Positions 39,916 through 55,400 of a stretch of DNA of 64,000 nucleotides are shown one piece after another (position 1 is the stretch's first letter; each line of letters opens with the position of its first letter). A program made the translations under genes and the position numbers. The notes under the pieces are model-generated. The model saw only the letters and a program-made list of their open reading frames with translations. It searched no databases and had not been told where the DNA came from. Location of the stretch: contig OZ024741.1 of NCBI GenBank assembly GCA_964016885.1, positions 65,286,001-65,350,000 of the forward strand. The letters are read 5' to 3'. Source of the DNA: Eledone cirrhosa. Lineage: Eukaryota.

Positions 39916-40043
39916 ATATCATGACTCATACACTGTTCATTTTCCTGACATTCGTACATTATTCTATGTACTATACATGCACCTTTGATGAGTTGTAGTG
40001 CACCTGAGCACTGTACACAATAATTTGATTATTATTATTATTA
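38341..40043 (+). mobile_element. CR1-clade LINE, 5'-truncated, with duplicated 3' UTR
   Basis: Open frame 38341-39732 with NYRPVSLTS, YLDFAKAFNSV, SGVPQGSVLGP, YADDIKLY and TRGH...WNKLP. (ATT)n tails at about 39877 and 40028. Confidence 0.92.
38431..39732 (+). CDS. CR1 ORF2 reverse transcriptase (N-terminally truncated)
   Basis: 433-aa ORF with RT motifs and no endonuclease domain. Confidence 0.8.
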   Translation: MSPVNYRPVSLTSCMAKLMESCVRETLWNFWSSHSRIRPSQFGFIPNSSCCDQLIEFLEDITRITDSGSWVDVVYLDFAKAFNSVSHKRLMAKLSAMGVRNDLFDWLKSFILSRKEVVTVLGQHSSPYEMSSGVPQGSVLGPLLFVAYINDIDANLQNAMVLKYADDIKLYLEIKRTDPEIYNSFLQSDLDTMQQWITDWQLKLAVDKCTTMHFGRKNPASTYSLHNTDIKKSSCERDLGITVSSDLRWTKHVSKIVKKAEGVLASLSKTFVSRSPSIYLKLYTAMVRPHLEFASSVWNPYLSQNIDLLKTVQRRATKRIPSIRHLPYSERLASLGMDSLKLRRLAMDLVNTHKVINHLANCSPEHLFDLHVSNTRGHAYKIRKQHSSHEFRRHFFTLRVVEAWNKLPASVVSCRDTASFKTLMLPEIRQNYT

Positions 40044-40230
40044 TCATCAGGAATATATATATATATATATATTGCGAGCAATGAACCTTGACGTGGGTTT
40101 AACCCCAAAAACTCTTTCCGAGCAATGTAAGGAACACTTTTGATTATTTATGCCCTTGAGAAGCCCAACTAGGCGAAACGTACATAGGTGCTGTTTTAAC
40201 GGTCTATTCTCCGATTTCTTACTTTCCTAC

Positions 40231-40317
<87 letters not shown>

Positions 40318-40318
40318 T

Positions 40319-40958
40319 AAACCTGGGACGACATGATAAAAACCTGGGACGACATGATAAATTCCGACCTCACACGCTTACACCTCTCCAAGACAATGTC
40401 ACTGGACCGAGACCTTTGGCGGTACTCAGTAATAGAGAAGACCCGCCTTACCTAAATACAAAGTAAAAACCTACTACAGTCAGTAGGCATCTCTATCAAA
40501 ACACACCCCCGTCCCACCACCTCCACCCCATCCATACCACCCCTTTCAATGTAAAGTTATGTTGGTCCCACAACATCCAGGCCGAAACAAATGAGATCGT
40601 GTAGGTGTCACGACAAAAAAACACACAGTCCACGCTGTAAATGTGGCCGTGTAGGCAACACGGTAAAAACCTCCCAGCCCCACACTGTAAATGTGGTTGG
40701 TGTTAGGAAGGGCATCCAGCTGTAGAAAACCCGCCAGACAGTCCACGCTGTAATGTGGCCGTGTAGGCAACACGGTAAAAACCTCCCAGCCCCACACTGT
40801 AAATGTGGTTGGTGTTAGGAAGGGCATCCAGCTGTAGAAAACCCGCCAGACAGTCCTATGCGAGCAAGACAACCACTCTTGCCTCAAGTGGGAAAACCCC
40901 CATCCAAACCCATGCAAGCGTGGAACACAGACGCTAAACCTGATGATGATGATGATGA

Positions 40959-40961
<3 letters not shown>
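40319..40961 (+). mobile_element. RTE family 1 3' end with internal 111-bp tandem duplication
   Basis: KTWDDMINSDL... plus UTR; CAGTCCACGCTGTAA...CCGCCAGA is repeated twice. Confidence 0.9.
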
Positions 40962-43984
<3,023 letters not shown>

Positions 43985-43987
43985 ATT

Positions 43988-44205
43988 GAGGCACATGGCT
44001 TAGTGGTTAGAGCATTGGCCTTGCAATCGAAAGGTTGTGAGTTCAATTCTCAGACCGGGTGATGTGTTGTTTCCTTGAGCAAGACACTGTAAATGAGGTT
44101 GGTGTTAGGAAGGGCATCCAGCTGTAGAAATCAAGCCAGAATCAGTTCCCGTCCCACGCTTGCAAGCAGGGAAAAAGCGGACGTAAAATGAAATGATGAT
44201 GAAAA
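43988..44205 (+). mobile_element. SINE family B with internal deletion
   Basis: Head joined to tail at a shared CACT microhomology. Confidence 0.85.
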
Positions 44206-44245
<40 letters not shown>

Positions 44246-44727
44246 TCATCATTTATCTTCATTTATTCATTTATTCATATATACCGAACACAATCACCAT
44301 CTGATACTAACACATAACACAATTCTCCCAAAAACATGCAAAATACAATCTGAACCCAACAAAATAACACAACTCTCATTTCACAAACGTTATGCAACAA
44401 AGAGAGGAAACACTAAAGCAAAATGAGAAGATAAAAAAAAATAGAATAAAAAAAAAAGCAAACCTCACAAGAAACTCAGAACTGATGTAACTTACTAATG
44501 CAAACGCAATTTTACACCACATGAACCCCCATTTGCTCATAATAGTTAGAGATGAGGAGAGTGAGAGAGACGGAGGTGATGACAGTGGGAGTTTGGTTCT
44601 TTTGAGTTTGGACCTGGTGTATATGTATATCTTTCACGAAAACACACTCATTTTACACCCTTCTGGTGCACATAGGTGCATACAAGAGAGCAGCAGAAAC
44701 TTGCATGAAATTGTTGAAAATATATTA

Positions 44728-45192
44728 TTTCTTTCTAGCATTGGCACAAGGCCAGTAATTTGGAGTAAGTTGATACTATTGACACCAGTACATAACTGGT
44801 ACTTTATTTCATTGACCCTGAAAGGATGAAAGCAAAGTTAAACTTGACAAGATTTGAACTCAGAGCATAAAGAACCAGATCAAATATTGCAAATCATTTT
44901 ATCTGACTTACTAATGATTCTGCCCTTGTTGAAAATATGATAATAATAATAATTACTATTATTATTTTATATTCATTAAGGCAGTAGGTTGGCAGAATCG
45001 TTAGTGTCGGAGAAAATGCTTTGTGGCATTTATTCTGACTATTCATGTCCTGAGTTCCAATCCTGCCAAGGTTTGCTTTACTTTTCATCCTTTCAGGCTT
45101 GATAAAGTAATGTACCAGTCACGTACTGGTGTGGATGTAATGACCTTTCCCCTACCCACAAATTATGGCCTTGTGCCTAAATCAGAAACCAT
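44728..45192. mobile_element. Two old SINE family A copies, head-to-head
   Basis: Minus copy about 44728-44925 and plus copy about 44980-45192. Confidence 0.7.
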
Positions 45193-46620
45193 TATTTTAT
45201 ATTTGTTAGTAAATTTTCTACACCGTGTGGCAATAGTATTAAGACTCCCAATTCTGTTTTCTTTGTGTGTATATTTCTAATTCAGACAATAATTACACCC
45301 TGTCCTCAACAAATCACAAATAACCCAATAACAGTTGAGAGATAGATATATAGGTAGAACAAAGTGATTGTAATTTAGTGGATATCTTGCTTAATAATGA
45401 ATAAAGAAATATAGAAGAAAATTATTGGAATTGATTTAAATGAATGTAAAATGAAATGCTACTGTGATGGCCAGAATAACAACAAAGAAAGGTTCAAGGA
45501 AAAATAAATCAAGGATTCAAATATCTTTATATAGATTGTTGGATTCTATAAACTCCAGTCATTTCTGATGGGTACTATGATAGTAATTATATAAATGTTT
45601 AGCATATATGGACAAATGATAATTAGGAGCACATTTATGAGTAAATTTGGAGAAACAACTATTTAACAGGGATGAATGTGGGATCAGAACCCAGGACCTT
45701 GTGATTGGAAAGCAAAATTCTTATTTTAGCAATATGACTGAAATAGGAAATGCATTGTATGTGTGTCTATGAATGTGTGTGAAAATTTCAAAAACTTACA
45801 GAGAAATATATAAATAAATATACAAACACACAGCATATTATTATGGTTGATGGTTGTTGTTATTTTAAAAAAAGTAGGAAAAATTGTAACTGTTTGCAGC
45901 TTGCTGCAGTATTTTAAAATACATTTTCTCAGTGGTTAGTGAAGAGGTTATTATTATTATTTTTTTATGTCTTGTTTTCAGAATCAAATATTGACTGTTG
46001 CTACATTTAGCATTTAAAAATAATAAAATAACAAAATAATTTTATTTTTCTATTACATCCATCTGTCATGACAGAAAATTGAAGTATCAAAAATCTATTG
46101 TCTTCATGTAGATGTACATGTGTGTCTGTGTGTGTATTTGTATGCCTGTGTGTGTCTGTACATTTTTCCCTTTCCTCACTCTATCACAGATGTGTCTAAC
46201 CAGTGACTGATTCAAACTAGACAAAGATTGCTGGGAAGTTTTAGCTTGAATGATATAGTGAGTGCAAGTCTGTGTGTATATCAGTGCATGTGTTGGGGTA
46301 TGTACATGCCTATAAATACATATATATATATCATTATCATCATCATCATTTTATATAAATATATAAATATATATATATATATCAACATCATCATCATCAT
46401 CATCATCATCATCGTTTAGCATCTATTTTCCACATATATATCAAAAGTGGAAGAATATAATCAAATCTCAGAGGAAAGTAGAGACATATATAAGATGTAA
46501 TTGCCAGCTACAGAAAGTAAATTTGCCAGTTATTTTTGGTGGAAAGACTCACAATGTGATGCAGCAGAAACAATTGTATATGATTAAACAGTTTTAACAA
46601 AAGTTGGTTGGTTTTCCTTC

Positions 46621-46671
<51 letters not shown>

Positions 46672-46860
46672 ACAATTTGATTATTATTTATGTTGTATTT
46701 CTGCTCTGTATTGTACTTGATATTTTACATTGAGCTACTTTTCTTACTGGTAATCAGGTAACATATAATATTACCCTTATCCTATTTATATGATTATATA
46801 TAAATATAATTATTATATATACACATGGCCTCAGCCGGATGGCTGAAACAGGTAAAAGAG

Positions 46861-46919
<59 letters not shown>

Positions 46920-47291
46920 ATATGTGTGTGTAAAAGGTATACAGAAATAACAAAACAAACATATGGAAGGAATATATTAGTTTAATGCTTGAAATAGCAG
47001 GAAGAGGGGCTTATCATTTCGGACGCTAGTCCTTTATCAGAAGAAAGAATGAGAAATTAGAAACATTGAGAGGACAGGCAGGGCAATATATATATGAATA
47101 TATATATATATAGAGAGAGAGAATTAGTATATCTACCAACATATGCGTACATATGTACACTAATGCTAACAAATACATAAGTTATGTCATAGTACCTAGG
47201 TGGTTCAATGCAGGAGGATGCAGAACAATTATATGAAAGACGTAAAATAAGAAAATTTAAAAAAATTAAAAATTAACTTACTAAAATTTTT

Positions 47292-47373
47292 ACTCCAACT
47301 AATTAGTTTCTGTAATGGGATAAAGATGGTTATGTAATGTAACCATCGAGAATTCATTACGTCATCAGGGAGT
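47292..47373 (-). ncRNA. Type-I hammerhead ribozyme
   Basis: Reverse complement of 47783-47864. Confidence 0.8.
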
Positions 47374-47782
47374 CTATTCTCAGCTAAGTCTCCAGGCAAT
47401 GCATCCTCCTGCATTGAACCACCTAGGTACTATGACATAACTTATGTATTTGCTAGCATTAGTGTACATATGTACGCATATGTTGGTAGATATACTAATT
47501 CTCTATATTTATCTCCAAATTATTTATTTGTTGAGCAAACCTGCCAAATCCACTACTAATTCATTGGTGTGGTAGTAGGCTTTTGTAATCTTACCACTCC
47601 ACTCCTTCTGACTAGCCTCAGTGTCACGTGATTGATTCTTTAGAATCTGCCATTTGACCAGAGACTGTGAACTTTTTCAGTGCATGGAATTCAGTCCCCG
47701 CTAGCTGTTCCATCCACCGAATTATTATTTTTATATGAGTCCCTAGTGTCCGCGCATTGCCTGGAGACTTAGCTGAGAATAG

Positions 47783-47864
47783 ACTCCCTGATGACGTAAT
47801 GAATTCTCGATGGTTACATTACATAACCATCTTTATCCCATTACAGAAACTAATTAGTTGGAGT
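47783..47864 (+). ncRNA. Type-I hammerhead ribozyme with extended stem II
   Basis: actcc CTGATGA c-gtaatg...gatggtta/taaccatc...cattac-a GAAA ctaattag TT ggagt. Helix III is palindromic and the site is GUU. Confidence 0.8.
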
Positions 47865-47917
47865 GAAAATTTTAGTAAGTTAATTTTTAATTTTTTAAAA
47901 TTTTCTTATTTTACGTC

Positions 47918-49033
<1,116 letters not shown>

Positions 49034-49281
49034 CATATATATATATATATAAACATAAATTATCGAGATTCGCATTTCAGCCCACGAAATAACGGAAAAC
49101 AACCTCCGAGAGTAAGGCTGTAGGTTTCATTTCTGGTAGTGTGTTGTGTCTTTGTGCAAGATACTTTATTTCACATTGTACCAGTTCATTCAGCTGGCAA
49201 AAATAAGTTGTAGCTTTAAATTCAAAGGGCCAACCTTGTCACACCTTAAGTCATGCTGAATCTCTTTATGAACTACATTAA

Positions 49282-49491
49282 CCCTTTAGCATTCACATTA
49301 CTCTATATATACTATTATATTTTCATGGTAAAAGCTTTACCTTGCATAATTATCTCACATAATATTGAATCTATGAGATTTTGAAAGTATTTATTTTGAG
49401 AACAATACCTTAACATCAGTTTGAGTGACCAGTTACAGCCAGTTTCAACAGAAAGAGGTAGAGAATACTGGTCGGTTTGAACATTAAAGGG
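49282..49491. mobile_element. piggyBac-like MITE
   Basis: TTAA|CCCTTTA...TAAAGGG|TTAA. Related ends occur near 9277, 53890-54145 and 56445. Confidence 0.65.
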
Positions 49492-49790
49492 TTAAGGATA
49501 TATGTGTTTATGGACTGCTTGGCCACTTTATGTTAATTTCACAAGCCTAATGTTCTATTGTTCAAACAACTGAAATACCTGTTATTGGAACTGACAGAGG
49601 TCCAACAACAGCAACATTTTCATCATTTTTATGGTGACCTTTCCATGTTTGTATGGGTTGGATGGTTTTTTTTAAAGCAATGTTTTACAGCCAGATACAC
49701 TTCATGACACCAACCATTTTGGTCGCTTCTTACTAAACGAAATATGCAGAGCATTTCTCCTCTCTCTCTCTCTATATATATATATATGTA

Positions 49791-49855
<65 letters not shown>

Positions 49856-49955
49856 CAGAGTATAACAGTTTTAATATAGATGAGATTCTACAGGACTAGA
49901 ACTGTTTCATACTGTGGTTACCTCCGATTCAACCCGGAATAACGTATATATATAT

Positions 49956-50053
<98 letters not shown>

Positions 50054-50129
50054 GAGAAATGCTCTGCGTATATATATATATATATTTTTTTTTTATATAT
50101 ATATATATATAATATATATGTTGGAAAAT

Positions 50130-50915
50130 GTGTGAATTCCTTGGTACAGTTAGGTATATTTGAAAAAAAGGAAAAGAATGACTTCACTTGTAGTTCTAAA
50201 CAATTTGATTTAATTTTATAATATTATGATTTAGTATATCTAGTAAGTTCTTTGTTAACATCGGTGGGAAGATTTTTAAAGATTCCTGGTTAACTTTCCT
50301 GGAGAACTTTCTTGCATTAGTCGGTGAATAATAATAATAAAATGGAGAAAAAGAATTTCTAGTTTTTACATACATATTTAGAGAGGAAAGTTCATATTTT
50401 TCTCTGTAGTTTTGTTAGTGCTGACCAACAGTCGAAGCCAATAATTTAAACTGCCACCACCTCTGTTGGTCAACACTAATAGTCAACTTGGTATAGTTCA
50501 TATTTGATAAAGATTGCAACATTTTTTTGTGTAGTGAAATTTTGTTGTATTTGTGAATGGGAGGAAATGTTTTTGGTAATTTAAAGAATATTTTTACCAA
50601 TGGTGCAGCAATTTTTTTGTTGAAAGGAGGATTATACCTTGTAATATTTCTCCTTATTTTGGCTTAAGCCTGGATCAATGGCAGTCATTTTTCATGTATT
50701 TAACTTCTCTAGTGAATCTTCTGTGTAAGAATGCCATATATTACTTGGAAGCATTGTTGAATAAAGGTTTGACAGAGGAAAGGCTGAATATATGTAGTGA
50801 CATGAGATATTTTACTAAATTCAAAAAAACAATGTTAGGGCGGTTGTAGAGACTATTTACGTAGTGTAGAAATTTGTCTGGTTTTTGGCATGGGGAAAAC
50901 ATAGGTTGCACTGGT
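50130..50915 (-). mobile_element. Degenerate Naiad/Chlamys-type Penelope-like fragment
   Basis: PCQKPDKFLHYVNSLYNRP...SLSSVKPLFNNA and RRNITRYNPPFNKKI...KIFFKL.KTFP..HKYNKI resemble YINxxSNHPP and RxRNIIWFNPPF motifs. Confidence 0.65.
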
Positions 50916-50926
50916 ATGTACATGTG

Positions 50927-52212
50927 AAACATGGAAGCATGGCCTAGAATCAAAAGGCCTTAAAATTAACTTGTCTAAGACTAAAGTTCTAGTTTGTAGG
51001 AAGGAAAATAGGGCACCGGTCCCATCCGGGAAATGGCCATGCTCAGTGTGTAGGAAAGGAGTAGGTAGAAACTCCATTTTATGTCCCAAATGTAAAGTAT
51101 GGGTGCATAAAAGATGTAGTGGGATCACAGGTAAGCTAACTAAGAACATAGATTTTATATGTGGCCGGTGCTCTGGTGCAATAAGTAGCAGCAAGTGCCC
51201 ACAGAATACTAGCTCATTCCATTGCACAGATGGTTCTATAGAAATAGTGGACACCTTCCGTTACTTGGGTGACAAAATCAGCAGTGGTGGAGGGTGCTCT
51301 GAAAGTACAGTAGCTAGAGTCAGAACTGGATGGAAAAAGTTCAGAGAGCTTATACCACTATTAGCCGCTAAAGGGTTCTCTCTAAAAATGAAAGGCAGGC
51401 TGTATGATGCCTGCATACGAACAGCAATGTTACATGGCAGTGAGACCTGGGCATTGTGTGCAGAGGATATACGCAGACTGGAGAGGAACGAAGCTTGCAT
51501 GCTCCGCTGGATGTGTACTAGTAATATACGTGAACGGCAAAGCATAAACGAACTAAGGGAAAAATTAGAAATAAGAGGGATCAGATGTTGTTTACTCGAG
51601 AGAAGACTACGTTGGTATGGTCACATGATTGGCATGAAAGAGGACAGCTGTATAAAAAAGTGCAGGGCAATAAAAATAGACGGTAGCCACGGAGTAGGCA
51701 GACCCAGAAAAACCTGGGACGACTTGATAAATTCCGACCTCACACACTTACACCTCTCCAAGACAATGTCACTGGACCGAGATCTTTGGCGCTACACAGT
51801 AATACAGAAGACCCGCCTTACCTAAGTACAAATTGAAACCTACTACAGTCAGTAGGCACCTCTAACAAAATACACCCCGTCCCACTACCCCCACCCCATC
51901 CACACCACCCCTTTCAATGTAAAGTTATGTTGGTACCACAACATCCAGTCCAAAACAAATGAGGTCGTGTAGGTGTCACGACAAAAAAACACACAGTCCA
52001 CGCTGTAATGTGGCCGTGTAGGTAACACGGTAAAAACCTCCCAGTCCACACTGTAAACGTGGTTGGTGTTAGGAAGGGCATCCAGCCGTAGAAAACCCGC
52101 CAGACAGTCCTATGCGAGCAAGACAACCACTCTTGCCTCAAGTGGGAAAACCCCCATCCAAACCCATGCAAGCGTGGAAGATGGACGTTAAACGATGATG
52201 ATGATGATGATG
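50927..52212 (+). mobile_element. RTE family 1 LINE, 5'-truncated
   Basis: ORF 50971-51825 plus UTR and (GAT)n tail. Confidence 0.95.
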
Positions 52213-52479
52213 CATACGGATGGTAACTGTTGGGTGAAGAAGTACCAAGAAATCCGAGTGGAAGGAAACCATAGTAGAGGGAGACCCAGGAAAAGCTGGT
52301 GAAAACTGGCCCTAAATCATTGAAGCTCACAAGGAGGAATGCAATGAATGGAGGGATGGTGTGCTAGAAAAGACCCATTCAACCCATGCAAGCATGGAAA
52401 AGCTGAAGTTATATGATGATTATATATATATATACACACACCCTTGCTAGCAGGGAAAGCAGACATTAAAATGACAATG

Positions 52480-52515
<36 letters not shown>

Positions 52516-52936
52516 TATGGATTAAATTTATTAATTCATTGATTGACTAATTTCATATTATGCCCCAATGGTAATTGAGTCCACAATTTAATATGTGTGT
52601 ATGTAATATATATATATATGAGAGTATTGTCTGACAGACAACCTTTTCCCCCACCCCGGAAAAAAACTCCAGTTGATGGATGTGAATCCGAAATATATAG
52701 GGACTATTAAATCTCTCCCAAGGTAACTCTCTCTTGTGTTGTTATTTTAATTTAATTTTATTTTATTTTATCCTTTATACTCTTCCCTTCATTCTACACA
52801 TCTCACACATCTTATACACACCACACATCTCAACGTACACCCACTTACATCTCTCTCTCTCCACCACCAGACCTTGTTACCCGGAGATTTACCCATTTGC
52901 ATTGTCGAGGATTCCAAACGACTTAAAGATATTTAC

Positions 52937-52976
<40 letters not shown>

Positions 52977-54830
52977 ATACATGCACACACATACATATAA
53001 CTACACACGCACATGGTACATTGTTTATCTGATTTCATCTGATGTAGCAATCCAAGATTGATATTTCACTCAGATGAGCAAGTTACAACTGTTTTTATCA
53101 TCATCATCATCATCATAAACATCACCATAATCCTTATCCCTATCACATTGATCAGTCATTGATTGTATGTAATGTTGGAATGGTTGCACTTCTTACTTTG
53201 ATCCTTTATACTTAGATCAATATTTCTCTACTATTTTCCATTTTCGCTTTCCTTAACTATTTTGCATTGCATTTATTCATCTTCATGCTGCAATGGATTT
53301 GCTCCATATGCAAATCTTTATATAAAATATGATTTTCTTTATTTTTCTTCTTTTTATTTTTTACTTTTATATAACCTCATAACCTGCTACTCATTGTAAT
53401 GGAGTAAAGAGTTTTTTTTTGCATCAATGTTTGCCCCTTCCTTATATTCATTAGACAATAGTATTCCATGTACTTCATAAAAGTTGCATAGATAGAGGTA
53501 AATTAAGTGTTGTAACAGAGTATGATAAGAATCTATTACCATGTATCTCCCTAACTTTGCATGAAACTGGGAACCATCAAAACCTTATCTCTTTTTTACC
53601 ATATTTTTAATGAAAGACTGACTATAATTTACAAATAGTTTGGAAAATAATAAAAAAAATTGGCAGGGATTAATAAGTTGGTGTTTGGAGCATAACTTAA
53701 GAAAGGCTCTTAGTTAAAATTATGATGGAAGGCTTTTAGGTAAATATAAACATCTTAAAACAGTTTTATATAAGCGAACCAAGGGTGAGTTGGTATCAAA
53801 AAGGTTTCTGTCACATTGTTTTTTAAACTTTACACATGGTTCATCCTTTACTGTTTGTAAACCAATTACACTTAACATATGTCATTCAACCTTTTCATTA
53901 CTATATATTGTATGAAATACACTGCCTATGTGCTTTAATTAATTTTGAAAATAACCAAACATTTGAAGGAATTTAATGAAATAAAGATTTTAATTAGTAA
54001 GCTGATATTTAAAACATTAATCAATAAAAACTTCTAAAATAAAATTATAATGGAAGACTCTAATATATGGATAAACATTTTAAAATCAATAGTTTGGTAT
54101 CATAAATCCAGGGTGGTTCCAGACAGTTTGGTATGAAAAGGGTTAAAAGGATATTGTGAAAGTCATGCTCTATCATAACAATATACAGTTTTATCCTTTA
54201 TCCCTCTCACCATTATACCTTCTGAATGTATAATGACATTATACGTTCTGAAAAGAAAGAATAACGTCATTAGGTAGGAGAACTAACCAAGAGGGTGGTG
54301 GTTGATACCCTTTCATTGACATTATGTAGTGTTAGTGGCCAAAGCAGATGTGAATTAGCTCAGTCAACTTAGCTGTAAATAAGAACTGCACGGGAGGAGG
54401 AACAACAAATCATCATAAAATTAAATGGTATTTTATGTGCCTAGTTCTTTAACCAGCTGCTCTTAGTAATCCATGCAGCATGTTATTGCAGCCCTTCTCT
54501 ATTGGACAACTTCCTAGACCTTATATAACTACAAGGATGATACTGTATATCAGACTTGATAACACAGCCAAAACGCTACATGGATGATATGTCAGCCTTA
54601 TAGCCTTTTGATTGGCTAACAGTCTCCAAACTGATCAATCATGTTGCAGATCACATTTTAGGATTAGCAGGCATTCTTTACAGAAGTTTCCTGTCAAGGT
54701 TTTGGTTCATTTTGCACTTTTCCTGTTTATTTTAATGATAGGAAGAATAACCAGGATGATAACAGTAGTAGTAATGATCAGAGTATTGAATATTGCTGAG
54801 TTATTAGTTAGTTACTTTTGGCATAATTAT

Positions 54831-55027
54831 CATATATAGTCAAATATAAGCCAATTCAAATATACGCCAACCCCCTATTTCATGTCTGAGAAATGGGCAA
54901 AATCCCAAACCACATTTATAAGCCAAGGCAGCTAATCAACACAAAGTTTAGACGGTGTATATAAGCAGTCCCCCACCCCCATATTACCCTCGATTTTTTG
55001 TTGTCACATATTCGAGTATATACTGTA
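54831..55027. mobile_element. Degenerate Tc1/pogo-like MITE
   Basis: Imperfect TIRs: ATATAGTCAAATATAAG and CATATTCGAGTATATACTGTA. Confidence 0.45.
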
Positions 55028-55245
55028 ATTATTTACTAAAAATTGGGTGATTCAGGTCAGAACTTAACTGTTTGTTCATTAGTATGCAAATGAGCTAATT
55101 AATATAATCAGTTAAATTTTATATTCAGTTGCTCCATTTGCAAGTTTTACAAAAATAGATGAAGAAACATTGTAAGTGGACAGAAGCTGTGCTGGAAAAG
55201 ACCTGTCCAACCCATGCAAGCATGGAAAAGTGGATGTAAAAGTAA

Positions 55246-55400
55246 TAATTGTTTCTACTTTTGGCGCAAGGCCAGCAATTACCCCAGTACATTACTGGCG
55301 CTTTATTTTATCGACCCCGTAAGGATAAAAGGCAAAGTTAACCTCAGCGGGATTTGAACTCAGAACGTAAAGGGCCATAACTCTATGCTGCAAAACACGG
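55246..55400 (-). mobile_element. SINE family A, head missing
   Basis: Meta-like domain and B box present. Confidence 0.8.

Noticed and set aside
40858-40998. N-terminal 47 aa of the 858-aa ORF
   Set aside because: Chance read-through from an upstream RTE tail and a TA tract; not part of the protein.
43988-44060. tRNA gene
   Set aside because: SINE head with A/B boxes that continues into SINE body and lacks a proper acceptor stem.
52668-52705. GGAT/ATCC stem followed by GAAA TATA TA
   Set aside because: CUGANGA core incomplete and stem I absent; similar weak cases at 57083-57122 and 30892-30925 were also dropped.
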